DNA of 64,000 bases, taken from positions 2,880,001 through 2,944,000 of the forward strand of contig CAXXKJ010000002.1 in NCBI GenBank assembly GCA_963675295.2, in the 5' to 3' direction. Below, piece after piece: positions 45,206-54,330 of this stretch. The notes under the pieces were generated by a model. The model was not told where the DNA came from. It made no database searches and saw only the letters and a list, made by a program, of their open reading frames with translations. The translations under genes were made by a program, and so were the position numbers. Origin of the DNA: a bacterium. GTDB lineage: Bacteria; Electryoneota; Electryoneia; Electryoneales; Electryoneaceae. The first letter of the stretch is position 1. Each line of letters starts with the position of its first letter.

Positions 45206-46092
45206 GACGCATCCCCGCTGGTCGGGAATTCTTCTTCGAGCAGGGCGATGTGCAGTTCGTTAAGGATTGTTTCGATGGTTGCGTCGATGGACCCGCCGTT
45301 GGTTTCGAGGATCACACTGCCACGGCTGACACGCTGGCTCGGTTGCACCTCGATCTCACGGATACCCTCGCTGACGGTCTTCAAATCCACCCCTGCTTCC
45401 GTAAGCTCAGTTTCATCTTCCGGGTTGCAGAGGATGGTGACGCTCGTGCGTTCGCTGGCCTGCTTCAACGCTTCCTTCGCCAGCCTTGTCGCGACCTGTT
45501 CATGGTTCGCGGCGGCGTCGCCTACGACTTTCCGGGCAATCATCAACGCAAACCGCACCAACTCGGTTTCCACCTGCTGGTAGTAGTCGCTGGTCGCTTC
45601 AGTGATGGATTGCAGCACACGCTGGATCTCGGTCAGGCGGGCGTCGTGTTCGGCCTTCAGCTCTTCGATCGTCTGCTGCCGGCCCTGTTCGATTCCGACC
45701 GCGAGGCCTTCATCGTGTCCCTGCTGGCGTGCCTGCTTGACCTTGTCCTGCGCGGCCTTCAGCTCACGCCGCATGGTTTCCAGCTCAGCCTTATGCCGTT
45801 GCTCACGTTCGTCAACCGTCTCGACCTTCATGATCCCGTACCTGGACGGATCGTATTCGATCCGGACCTCATCCGGCCTGTCGTCGCTGATCGTGCGCAG
45901 CTTGGAGTGGGTTACGGTTCGCATCGCAACCGGCTCACTACCCAGCAGCACCGAAGCTTCTTCGAGGGTATAGTTTCCCCGCAGCACGCGCGCCCGGTTT
46001 GCCGGTTTCGCGGCTTCACCCTCGACCGCCTGGCCCGCTCCACGAAGCAGGCCGGAGCGGGACTGGCTAGACCATCTGGTCTTCAGATCCAT
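45202..46092 (-). CDS. fliH: FliH
   Basis: GxxxG repeats (QGHDEGLAVGIEQG), GSVILET.GGSIDATI. Confidence 0.92.
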   Translation of the reverse strand: MDLKTRWSSQSRSGLLRGAGQAVEGEAAKPANRARVLRGNYTLEEASVLLGSEPVAMRTVTHSKLRTISDDRPDEVRIEYDPSRYGIMKVETVDEREQRHKAELETMRRELKAAQDKVKQARQQGHDEGLAVGIEQGRQQTIEELKAEHDARLTEIQRVLQSITEATSDYYQQVETELVRFALMIARKVVGDAAANHEQVATRLAKEALKQASERTSVTILCNPEDETELTEAGVDLKTVSEGIREIEVQPSQRVSRGSVILETNGGSIDATIETILNELHIALLEEEFPTSGDAS

Positions 46093-47101
46093 GCGTGATC
46101 ACAATTTGGCCTTCCTCTTCGAGGCGGCGGATGATGTCGATGATGCGCTGCTGCACTTCTTCCACTTCGCGCAACCGGACCGGGCCCATGTAGTCGAGTT
46201 CTTCCTCGATCATTTCGGCGGCACGGCGTGACATGTTCGCGAGAATCTTGCTCTTCAGTTCTTCGCTGGATGCCTTCAGCGCCATCGCGAGTTCCTTGTT
46301 GTCGACCTCGCGCAGCACCTTCTGGATCGACCGGTCGTCCAGGTTGACCACATCTTCGAAGACGAACATCAGGTTCTTGATTTCGCTGGCCAGGTCCGGA
46401 TTCTCCTTCGCAATACCGGCGAGGATGTTTTTCTCAAAGCGCTGGCCGACGAGGTTCAGGATGTCGGCGGCGGTCTGGACACCACCGATCTGCGACGATC
46501 CGGAGCTGAAGTCGATGCGGCTTTCCAGCACCTTCTCGACGGCGGCGATGGTTTCCGGACTGACGCGTTCCATCTGTGACAGGCGGTACATCACGTCCAC
46601 CTGCACCTGCGGGCTGAGTTCGGTGAGCACATTCGCGGCCTGTACCGGCGTCACCTGTGTCAAGACCAGCGCGATGGTCTGCGGGTGTTCCTTCTGCAGG
46701 AAGGCAATCAGCTGGTTGGTGTCAACATTCTCCAGCACGTTGAAGCCCTTGATCTGAAGGGCCCGTTCGACGCGCTTGAGGATCTCCATCGCCTTGCCCT
46801 CACCGAGGGCGGCTTCGAGCACTTCCTGGGCGTACTGCAGACCGCCGGCGGCGATGTACTGTTGCGCCAACACCATCTGATGGAATTCCTGATTCACTTG
46901 ATGAAGCACGGAACTCGGGACACCATCCAGCATGGCGATTTCACGGCTGACCCGTTCCACTTCGCCTTCTGTCAGGTATTGATAGACCTTGGAGGAGGCT
47001 TCCGCACCGAGCGACACCAGGAAGATCGCTGCCTTCTTAGTCCCGGACAGGTTCTCGATGCTCATCGCGTTGCTTTCTTTCTTCACAACGTTTGCCATCA
47101 T
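46067..47101 (-). CDS. fliG: switch protein FliG
   Basis: KAAIFLVSLG, EHPQTIAL, MFVFED, MGPVRL. Confidence 0.98.
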   Translation of the reverse strand: MMANVVKKESNAMSIENLSGTKKAAIFLVSLGAEASSKVYQYLTEGEVERVSREIAMLDGVPSSVLHQVNQEFHQMVLAQQYIAAGGLQYAQEVLEAALGEGKAMEILKRVERALQIKGFNVLENVDTNQLIAFLQKEHPQTIALVLTQVTPVQAANVLTELSPQVQVDVMYRLSQMERVSPETIAAVEKVLESRIDFSSGSSQIGGVQTAADILNLVGQRFEKNILAGIAKENPDLASEIKNLMFVFEDVVNLDDRSIQKVLREVDNKELAMALKASSEELKSKILANMSRRAAEMIEEELDYMGPVRLREVEEVQQRIIDIIRRLEEEGQIVITHGSEDQMV

Positions 47102-48723
47102 CGACCTCCAAAGTCAACGAGCCAGGTTTTCAGCAACCGGGCAGACACTTCAGGCTTTTCTGCGACGAAATCAACCAGGCGCTTCTGCAACTGATTCGCT
47201 TCGACCACTTCTTCCGGCAGTTCGCTATCAAGGTCCGGCAGGGCTAGCGCTTCAGCACCGTCGCTGGTCGCACCCGGCAAGGCCGGCATCGAACCGCCAC
47301 CCGGCAACGATGCGATCTTGCGTTCCCATACCTGTCGCGCGGCGTTTGTCGATGCGGTCAACAGGTTGCGCACATAAAACAGGATTCCGATCACCGCCGC
47401 ACCGATCAGGATGCTGCGTAGCATGCTCGACCAGTTGTTCTTCAACCAGTCCATGAAGCCGCCGCCAGTGTCGAGCACCTCCGGCTGCTCGAACGGAATG
47501 TTGATTACGGAAATCTCATCTCCACGATCGAGATCCACACCCAACGCCCCACGCACCGCCTGCTCGATCTTGGTCATCTCGTCCGGCGTACGTTCGAAGT
47601 AGGTGCGCTGCATCTCACCCTCTTCGGTCTCAACATCCCGGTAGACACCGTCAATCAGCACCGACGCCGAAATTCGCTCGACGCCACCAGTATTGCGGGT
47701 TTCTGTGGTCAGGGTCTTGGACACTTCATAGTTAGTGATGTTGTTGGTCTCGAGTTGGCTTTCCGTGCTTTCCAGTGGCGGTTGCGTCGGATCAACCGGA
47801 TTGACCGACTGCGGCGTGTTGACATTCATCGAGGTCTCATTGATCTCTTCCGAACGCACCGCTGTCCGCTCCGGATCATACAGCTCACTCGAAATCTGGC
47901 TCTGCGTGAAGTCCAGCTCGACCGACACGCGCACAATCGACTTGTTCGCCCCAAGCAACTGCTGCAACATGGTCTCAACCTTCTGCGTCAGATTGTTCTC
48001 GACCTGGTTCTTCAGCTGCATTTGCGAATTGGACATCGCCAGCAACGGGTCGCCGGCCTGCATGTTCGACAGCACATTCCCGCGGCTGTCGACGATCGTC
48101 ACCTGGTCGCTTTCGAGACCTTCGACCGATGACGCGATCAAGTGGGCGATACCATTCACCTGACCGTCCTTCAAGCCGCCACGCAATTTGAGCGTGACCG
48201 AGGCGGTTGCCGGTTTTTCCTGCTCCCGGAACAACGCGGCTTCCGGCAACACGATATGGACCCGCGCCTCATCCACCTCTTCCAACGAACTGACCGTACG
48301 GGATAATTCCCCTTCCAATGCCCGGCGGAAGTTCAGCTTCTGCACAAACTCGCTCATGCCGAGGTTGGTCTGGTCAAAGATCTCGTAGCCCGTTGACCGT
48401 TGCGCCGGCAAACCTTCCTGTGCCAGCTCAATGCGCGCCTGGTATTGGTTGGCACGGGGAACAAGAATTCGCGATCCACCCTGCTCCAGGGTGTATTCGA
48501 TGCTGTTTTCGTCAAGCCACTGGGTGATCTTCCCGGCATCTTCCGGCGGCAGGTTCGAGAACAGGGGAACCATCTCCGGAGCACTCGCCCAGCGCACCAT
48601 CACGATGATCACCAGCAGGGTAACTGCAACCGCGCTTCCCACTGTGATCTTCTGTGTCGTGGTCAGGTTGCGGAAGACGCTGGATATGCGTCCCGGCATC
48701 GATGTGTTCTGGCGTTCGTTCAT
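47098..48723 (-). CDS. fliF: MS-ring protein FliF
   Basis: GYEIFD, RALEGEL.RT, ARVHIVLP, TASV, NYEVSK. Confidence 0.97.
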   Translation of the reverse strand: MNERQNTSMPGRISSVFRNLTTTQKITVGSAVAVTLLVIIVMVRWASAPEMVPLFSNLPPEDAGKITQWLDENSIEYTLEQGGSRILVPRANQYQARIELAQEGLPAQRSTGYEIFDQTNLGMSEFVQKLNFRRALEGELSRTVSSLEEVDEARVHIVLPEAALFREQEKPATASVTLKLRGGLKDGQVNGIAHLIASSVEGLESDQVTIVDSRGNVLSNMQAGDPLLAMSNSQMQLKNQVENNLTQKVETMLQQLLGANKSIVRVSVELDFTQSQISSELYDPERTAVRSEEINETSMNVNTPQSVNPVDPTQPPLESTESQLETNNITNYEVSKTLTTETRNTGGVERISASVLIDGVYRDVETEEGEMQRTYFERTPDEMTKIEQAVRGALGVDLDRGDEISVINIPFEQPEVLDTGGGFMDWLKNNWSSMLRSILIGAAVIGILFYVRNLLTASTNAARQVWERKIASLPGGGSMPALPGATSDGAEALALPDLDSELPEEVVEANQLQKRLVDFVAEKPEVSARLLKTWLVDFGGR

Positions 48724-48795
48724 GCTGCGTCAACCCATGGTATGCAGCCGGCTTCTCAATCGGCTGAGTAAGGTACAAAAAATGAGTGTCAGAAT

Positions 48796-49140
48796 CTAAA
48801 CCTGCATCCGCATCACTTCCCGGTACGCATCGACGATCTTGTTGCGCACCTCCATCATCAGATGGAAGGATGTCTGTGCCTCCTCGACCGCGACCATGAC
48901 CTGGTGCACGTCTTCGATCTCGCCGGTCAGCATTCGGCGTGTGGCTTCGTGCGCGCTCTTCTGGATCGCGTCAACGTTGTGGATCAAACCGCCGAGGGTT
49001 TCACCGAATCCGGGACCGCCGGACGTACGGTGTGGCGATGAGGTTGTCTGGCTGGTGTCCACCTCCGGGAGCCTGCCGACACTTGGCAGTTCGGACGGGA
49101 AGTTTCCGACAAGTCCTTGAATTCCGATACCATCAGCCAT
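48796..49140 (-). CDS. fliE: FliE
   Basis: VHQVMVA...EVRNKIVDAYREVMRMQV. Confidence 0.96.
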   Translation of the reverse strand: MADGIGIQGLVGNFPSELPSVGRLPEVDTSQTTSSPHRTSGGPGFGETLGGLIHNVDAIQKSAHEATRRMLTGEIEDVHQVMVAVEEAQTSFHLMMEVRNKIVDAYREVMRMQV

Positions 49141-49172
49141 GTTGTTCTCCCTTATCTGCTGCTACTGCTTGT

Positions 49173-49589
49173 TTACGCGTAGGTGTCGATGCTCTTGCCC
49201 AGCCCCGGCGCGGGTGCCGGCCGTTGGGGTACCGCCAGCAGATCGTTGACCGCCGGCGCGGTACCCGGACGGGAAGCCCGGCCAGCGCCATTTGACGCGG
49301 AAACGGATGCGATTGACTGCATCGCCGATGTGCGCACGCTGGTTTGCGTCTCGCGTGCTTGGGCCAGCTTCGCCGCCAGGACGGGGTTGCGTGCGGCCAT
49401 TGCAGCACGAGCGCGTTCCGCCGCGTCAGAGAACCGCGAGTTGACACGTGCGACCGGCTTGGTGCTGGTCAGAGCGGGGGTTGTGGTCAAAGAGCGGGCG
49501 CGCGTCGCGTTGCCGGACATTCCCGGCTGGCGCATTCGCTGCTGTTCGATCAGGGCGGTGAACTGTTGCAATCGTGGATCAACACGCAC
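49173..49589 (-). CDS. hypothetical protein between flgC and fliE
   Basis: GTG start with GGAG RBS; A/R/S-rich; ends GLGKSIDTYA. Confidence 0.7.
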   Translation of the reverse strand: MRVDPRLQQFTALIEQQRMRQPGMSGNATRARSLTTTPALTSTKPVARVNSRFSDAAERARAAMAARNPVLAAKLAQARETQTSVRTSAMQSIASVSASNGAGRASRPGTAPAVNDLLAVPQRPAPAPGLGKSIDTYA

Positions 49590-49603
49590 TGGAACCAGCT
49601 CCG

Positions 49604-50104
49604 TCAGATTTCAAGCGCTCGCTTGGCCATGTTCTTTGCGGCGTCAATCGCCGACACGTTGGCTTCGTAATTTCTCGTCGCCGCGATCATGTCCGTCATC
49701 TCGGTGATGATGTTGATCTTCGGACGTGCGACATACCCGAATTCGTTGGAGTCCGGGTGGGATGGATCGTAGTAGTAATCCGGTGTTGAATCATCGCGGA
49801 TTTCGTACTGCTTGACACCGGAAAAGTCGCGTGCGCTGATGCTGGATCCACCGGGACTCATGTGCGACCCGCTGGTCGATCCGAGGCCGAGTCCGGATTC
49901 CGCATGGTGCTGGTTGCGGTAGATTTGCGCGTCGCGAACATCTTCCTGGAAAATGGAGATGCGACGCCGGTACGGCCCGCCTTCGTCGGTGCGCGTGGTG
50001 TTCACGTTCGCGATGTTCTCCGCGATCGCGTCCATCCTGCGGCGGTTGGCGGCGAGGCCGGTGGCGCTGATATCGATGCTGGAGAAAAGTCCGCGTATTT
50101 CCAT
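49604..50104 (-). CDS. flgC: rod protein FlgC
   Basis: ENIANVNTTR..GGPYRR, YDPSHPD, ATRNYEAN. Confidence 0.97.
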   Translation of the reverse strand: MEIRGLFSSIDISATGLAANRRRMDAIAENIANVNTTRTDEGGPYRRRISIFQEDVRDAQIYRNQHHAESGLGLGSTSGSHMSPGGSSISARDFSGVKQYEIRDDSTPDYYYDPSHPDSNEFGYVARPKINIITEMTDMIAATRNYEANVSAIDAAKNMAKRALEI

Positions 50105-50120
50105 CGTTTCCCTCTCTCTC

Positions 50121-50528
50121 CTACTTCACACTTCCGAGCAGGCGCATGGCGGTGAACAGGCCGGCCGTGCGCTTCGCAACCATCGAGTATTGCATGCTGT
50201 TGGTCAGTATGGTCGAGACTTCCTGTTCGATGACGACACCGTTCGCACCGTTCGCGTGAGCGTTGTCCTCATCCTTCCACACCGCATGCCGGACGTTGGC
50301 CGGATTGCTCGGATCGGCCGGCCCGAGCGGTCGTTCGATCCCGCGATGGCCCCAGCGATCCAGCGATTTGGCCAGTTGCTTCTCAAAGCTGACACGGGTG
50401 GAGGCAAATCCGGGAGTGGACGCGTTTGCGATGTTCGACGCGACCGCACGGTGGCGGGCGGCGTAGGCATCCAACGCGTTCTTGTACAGCGGAAGTGGGG
50501 TGTTGTTGTAAACCAATTCCCGAATCAT
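50121..50528 (-). CDS. flgB: rod protein FlgB
   Basis: ALD...RHRAVASNIANASTPGF, NGVVIEQE; start 50528 inferred. Confidence 0.9.
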   Translation of the reverse strand: MIRELVYNNTPLPLYKNALDAYAARHRAVASNIANASTPGFASTRVSFEKQLAKSLDRWGHRGIERPLGPADPSNPANVRHAVWKDEDNAHANGANGVVIEQEVSTILTNSMQYSMVAKRTAGLFTAMRLLGSVK

Positions 50529-50559
50529 ACGGGTACTCCCGGTTAGCCGCAAACCAGTG

Positions 50560-50664
50560 AGCAACCCATATGCCAGTGGTAGTGGATTAAGAATCAATGA
50601 GTTAGCGAGTGGTCGAGAATGATGCTCAAGGCAAGATGATCCGTGAGGGCGGAAAGGGATGCCG
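50560..50664 (-). promoter_or_regulatory. sigma54 promoter of the flgB operon with IHF site and tandem palindromes
   Basis: TGGCAT-ATGGG-TTGCT (50560-50575); AATCAATGAGTTA (50592-50604) matches WATCAANNNNTTR; AGGCAAGATGATCCG (50629) and CGGAAAGGGATGCCG (50650). Confidence 0.85.
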
Positions 50665-50672
50665 CACTGGAT

Positions 50673-50734
50673 GTCCTGAGTCCTGAGTCTTGAGTCCTGA
50701 GACTGAAAAACCTGGGATGTGAGATGTGAGACGG
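50673..50734. repeat. 7-bp tandem arrays upstream of the flgB promoter
   Basis: GTCCTGA GTCCTGA GTCTTGA GTCCTGA (50673-50700); GGGATGT GAGATGT GAGACGG (50714-50734). Confidence 0.85.
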
Positions 50735-50852
50735 GTGGGCTGCGGTCTGCGAATGGGATCGTGCGTGAGCTGAGGAGATGACTGGACTATGATACGAGCG
50801 AAAAGAGATAATGCACGTTTGAATGGAGAACCTGCACGAGTGAATGACATAT

Positions 50853-50960
50853 CCGCCGTGGAACGGCGGGGCGTGGTTAGCGTGTGGCTTCAGCCACACG
50901 AAGGGGATCCCCCCTCCCTCCTTCGCCCTTCTGGACCTCTCGCCGCGCCCTGCAGCGGCG
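50853..50960. repeat. cluster of short palindromes downstream of nadD (REP-like)
   Basis: CCGCCGT-gga-ACGGCGG; CGTGTGGCT-tc-AGCCACACG; CGCCGC-N8-GCGGCG. Confidence 0.55.
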
Positions 50961-50975
50961 CCACAAATTGGACTA

Positions 50976-51566
50976 TTACCGGTACAGCTTCAGATCGTGA
51001 ATGATCTTCAGGGCAGGTTGCGGCACAAGGAACCGCACTGACTTTCCTTCCGCCACACGTTGCCGCACGAGCGTAGCGGACACGGCCAGCTCCGGAATTT
51101 CAACGGGACGGATGTGATCGCGAACCTTGGGGTCGGCGTCCTCGAGCTTCCACCCGGGACGCACCACCGCGGCGATGTCCGCGCGTTCGATGATCTCGTC
51201 GGGGTCTTTCCAGCGCATCAGGCTGTGGACGGAATCACCGCCGAGAATCAGGGTGATCCGGCGGTCCGGGTGTTCGTCGTTGAGCCGGCGGAGGGTATCG
51301 ACGGTGTAGCTGACACCGCCCCGCAGGATCTCATCGTCGCGTACAATGAAGTGATTGACACCGGAACACGATTCGCGCAGCATCCGAAGGCGGATGTCGG
51401 CTGGTGTGGTGATGTTGTCCTGCTTGAACGGGTTGACCGCGGCGGGCATAAACCAGACGCAGTCCAGCGCAAGGGCGTCCCGCACCCATTCCGCGATCAA
51501 CAGATGGGCGACCGTCGGCGGATCAAACGTGCCCCCGAACAGCCCGGTGGGAATGCCGTCAGTCAT
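50976..51566 (-). CDS. nadD: nicotinate-nucleotide adenylyltransferase
   Basis: GGTFDPPTVAH, SYTVDTL, GGDS...WK, VSATLVR; start 51566 inferred. Confidence 0.93.
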   Translation of the reverse strand: MTDGIPTGLFGGTFDPPTVAHLLIAEWVRDALALDCVWFMPAAVNPFKQDNITTPADIRLRMLRESCSGVNHFIVRDDEILRGGVSYTVDTLRRLNDEHPDRRITLILGGDSVHSLMRWKDPDEIIERADIAAVVRPGWKLEDADPKVRDHIRPVEIPELAVSATLVRQRVAEGKSVRFLVPQPALKIIHDLKLYR

Positions 51567-52392
51567 CGGAACCGAAGATATCGAAGATGCTTTTGCCTTC
51601 CTTCTGTTCCTTCTCAAGCTGCTTGCGTTTGCTCTCTTTCACTTCTTCGATGCGGTCGAGCACGTCATCGCGATGGTCACTTTCCGGGTAGCGATTGAGA
51701 TAGCCCTGCAGCGCGGCAAGTGCTTCGTCCCACTTCTTTTCATCCGCCCAGCTCTCGGCCTTGTGCAGCTGCGCGTCTTCTGCGAACTCGGAATCGTAGT
51801 AGTCGTCCAGCACCGACTGGTAGTAGATGCGTGCAGCCTTGTACTGGCCCATCCGGTGGTATAAACGTCCTGCCCGGTATTCCTTTTTCGCCAGTTTGCT
51901 GCGGAGTTCCTGGATGCGTTCCTCGGCATCGGACACCAACATGCTGCTGGGGAAATCTTCGATGAACAGCTGGAACATCTCCACCGCTTTTTCGGTATAG
52001 ACCTGTTCCTTATGGTACTTCGGCGAGAGTTCGTAGTAGCTCAGCCCGAGCTTGTACTCCCCTTCCTCGACCAACCGGCTGCGCGGATACTGCGTGATCA
52101 GCTTCTCATATTCGCTTGCGGAGATGATGTACTCCTTCATCTCGAAGTGGCTTTCCGCGAGCAGCCACTGGGCGGAGTCGGCAAGAGTCGAACCGGCATA
52201 GTTAATGAGGAAGATTTCGAGGTGTTCAGCAGCGTCGAGATGGCGCCCGCGTTCGTGGTAGTCCTTGATCTTCGCCCATGCAGCGTCCATCGGGAGATCA
52301 TCCACACCCCGCCGGCTGCAACCATTGACCAGGATCAGGGACAGCAACATCAAAGCGATCAGAGATGATAAAACGAGCGTCGTCCTGCGCAT
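51559..52392 (-). CDS. bamD: outer membrane assembly lipoprotein BamD
   Basis: Lipobox-like VNGC, TPR helices, YP.S and LAKKEY patterns. Confidence 0.88.
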   Translation of the reverse strand: MRRTTLVLSSLIALMLLSLILVNGCSRRGVDDLPMDAAWAKIKDYHERGRHLDAAEHLEIFLINYAGSTLADSAQWLLAESHFEMKEYIISASEYEKLITQYPRSRLVEEGEYKLGLSYYELSPKYHKEQVYTEKAVEMFQLFIEDFPSSMLVSDAEERIQELRSKLAKKEYRAGRLYHRMGQYKAARIYYQSVLDDYYDSEFAEDAQLHKAESWADEKKWDEALAALQGYLNRYPESDHRDDVLDRIEEVKESKRKQLEKEQKEGKSIFDIFGSDD

Positions 52393-52767
52393 TCAACTGC
52401 TCCGAAGCGTAAACAGCAACCAGGTGGCGGTACCAACCCCCACCGTGATCAGGATGGGTCCGAGAACGGGCCAATATGAGGGAGATTGGCCCTCAGACTC
52501 AACCTCGGCCTCCCCATTGAACCATAGCCACGTTCCCGTGCCGACGTCCACCGGATTTTCGATCCGACGCACGGACTCAACACTGAGACCCGACAGCAGG
52601 GGCCGAGGTAACGGTAACCGGGGGCTGAAGTCAACATCGTTCAAGTCGGCGGAAAGTTCCATTACAGGGGAGACAGCTGCCGGCGGCGCCAGGGTTGCGC
52701 TCTCAGCCAACGCTGCAGTGTAGGACAACAGGACCACCAGAACGATGTACAGAACCGCGCTTTTCAT
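52393..52767 (-). CDS. hypothetical exported protein with C-terminal TM anchor
   Basis: ATG 52767 overlaps lnt stop; signal peptide; C-term ILITVGVGTATWLLFTLRS. Confidence 0.7.
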   Translation of the reverse strand: MKSAVLYIVLVVLLSYTAALAESATLAPPAAVSPVMELSADLNDVDFSPRLPLPRPLLSGLSVESVRRIENPVDVGTGTWLWFNGEAEVESEGQSPSYWPVLGPILITVGVGTATWLLFTLRSS

Positions 52768-54311
52768 CGCCGACTCAGACGTTTGACCACCGACACGATC
52801 AAGCTGAGGATAACCAATGCGCCTCCTGTCCACAAGGCCAGGAGATTGATGTGCCAGCCCCACGCGACGAAGGGCGTGTCCACCGGCCGTTCGACGGTAT
52901 GCACAATCACCCCGCGTTGATCCGAGCCCAGCAGCCCGGCGAACCGGCCGGACGGCGTAATAAACGCCGAGATTCCGGTGTTTGTCGAACGTACGAGGCT
53001 GCGGCCGGTTTCGATGGAACGCATGCGGCTCAACAGCAGATGCTGCAATTGCTGGCCCGTACCGGTGAACCAGCCGTCATTGGTCATGTTCAGCAGGATA
53101 TCGGCGTCCAGGTGTGTCGCCTTCCACCCCGCTTCCGGGAAGATGGCTTCGTAGCAGATGAGTGGCGAGACGCACAGGCTGTCTCCATTCACGCGGAACG
53201 GCCAGGAGACGATCCCGTCGCCGGGCGCGAATTCCGCCTGCCCGAAGTCAAGATTGCGGAGAAACGGGAATGCCCACTGGAATGGAATCCGTTCCCCGAA
53301 CGGCACCAGGTACACCTTGTTGTAGACGAGGAACTGGTTCATCCCGTTCGGGCGAATCAGAAACGCGGCGTTGTAGGGTGTCCTGGAATTGTCTTCGTGG
53401 AATTCGGCGAACCGTCCGCCGGTGACCAGCGTCGCACCGATCCGGTCAACCATCTTCTGGATGTAGCGTCGCCAGCGGTAATCCTGCTCGACGTACACCG
53501 GCGCGGCATTCTCCGGCCACACCATCAAATCGACGCTATCGGCGACATTGGCCGTGCTTAAGGCGTCGTACATGTTCATCGAATAGTCGTACCCGAGCTT
53601 GTATTTCCAGTCCGGGTCGATGTTTCCCTGCACGATGGCGACAGTTGCGGCGTCAGTGCCAGCGGTCTGATCGTGGACGATGTGTTCGCGGTGGTTGCCC
53701 CAGGTCCAGACGGAAACCAGCAGCAGGACAGTCAGCGCGAGGCTCGCCCAGTGACGGCCTCCGATGGTGAGGATCGCGTTCAACAAGGCAATGAAGCCGG
53801 TCATCAGCACGCTGCCGCCGATGGCGGTGAGTTGCAGCAGCTGGAGTGATTGGCCCTGTGTCAATGCAAACGAGATCCACGGGAACGACCAGTCACCGGA
53901 TTGCCAGACGACATCGCTGGCCATGTACAGGATAACCGCGAGCAGGTGAGCCCAGGTTCCGAACGCACGCAGCAGTTGCCGGTGCAGCACGGCGACGAGG
54001 CCGAACCACAGCGACAGCAGCCACGCCAACCCCAGCGCTGAGACGATGCTGACGGCGACATGGGTTCCGCTGTTCCAGGCGATCCAGTACATCGTGCCGG
54101 CGTGCCAGACAAACGCAAAGGTGAAGCCTAGCATCTGCGCTTCACGGCGGGATTCGGCGTGCTCAAGTGCGCGGAAAAACGGGACCAGCCCGAACCAGGC
54201 CAGAGCGTACAGGGGAATTGGGGGAGTGGCGAGAATCAGCAATAGGCCACTGATTGCGGCGAGCAGACGGCGTTTCGGTCTGGATTGAACCTGCAGCAGG
54301 CTGTCATTCAC
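52764..54311 (-). CDS. lnt: apolipoprotein N-acyltransferase
   Basis: FPW, VQGNI, WPE, YNKVYLVPFGE, ICYE, TNDGWF, NTGIS. Confidence 0.96.
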   Translation of the reverse strand: MNDSLLQVQSRPKRRLLAAISGLLLILATPPIPLYALAWFGLVPFFRALEHAESRREAQMLGFTFAFVWHAGTMYWIAWNSGTHVAVSIVSALGLAWLLSLWFGLVAVLHRQLLRAFGTWAHLLAVILYMASDVVWQSGDWSFPWISFALTQGQSLQLLQLTAIGGSVLMTGFIALLNAILTIGGRHWASLALTVLLLVSVWTWGNHREHIVHDQTAGTDAATVAIVQGNIDPDWKYKLGYDYSMNMYDALSTANVADSVDLMVWPENAAPVYVEQDYRWRRYIQKMVDRIGATLVTGGRFAEFHEDNSRTPYNAAFLIRPNGMNQFLVYNKVYLVPFGERIPFQWAFPFLRNLDFGQAEFAPGDGIVSWPFRVNGDSLCVSPLICYEAIFPEAGWKATHLDADILLNMTNDGWFTGTGQQLQHLLLSRMRSIETGRSLVRSTNTGISAFITPSGRFAGLLGSDQRGVIVHTVERPVDTPFVAWGWHINLLALWTGGALVILSLIVSVVKRLSRR

Positions 54312-54330
54312 GGGATGGGCTCACCACAAG

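Noticed and set aside
50529-50597. N-terminal extensions in the ORF track for flgB (also nadD, gmk, yicC, HU, fliY, flbD)
   Set aside because: They overlap promoters or upstream genes; downstream ATGs fit family lengths
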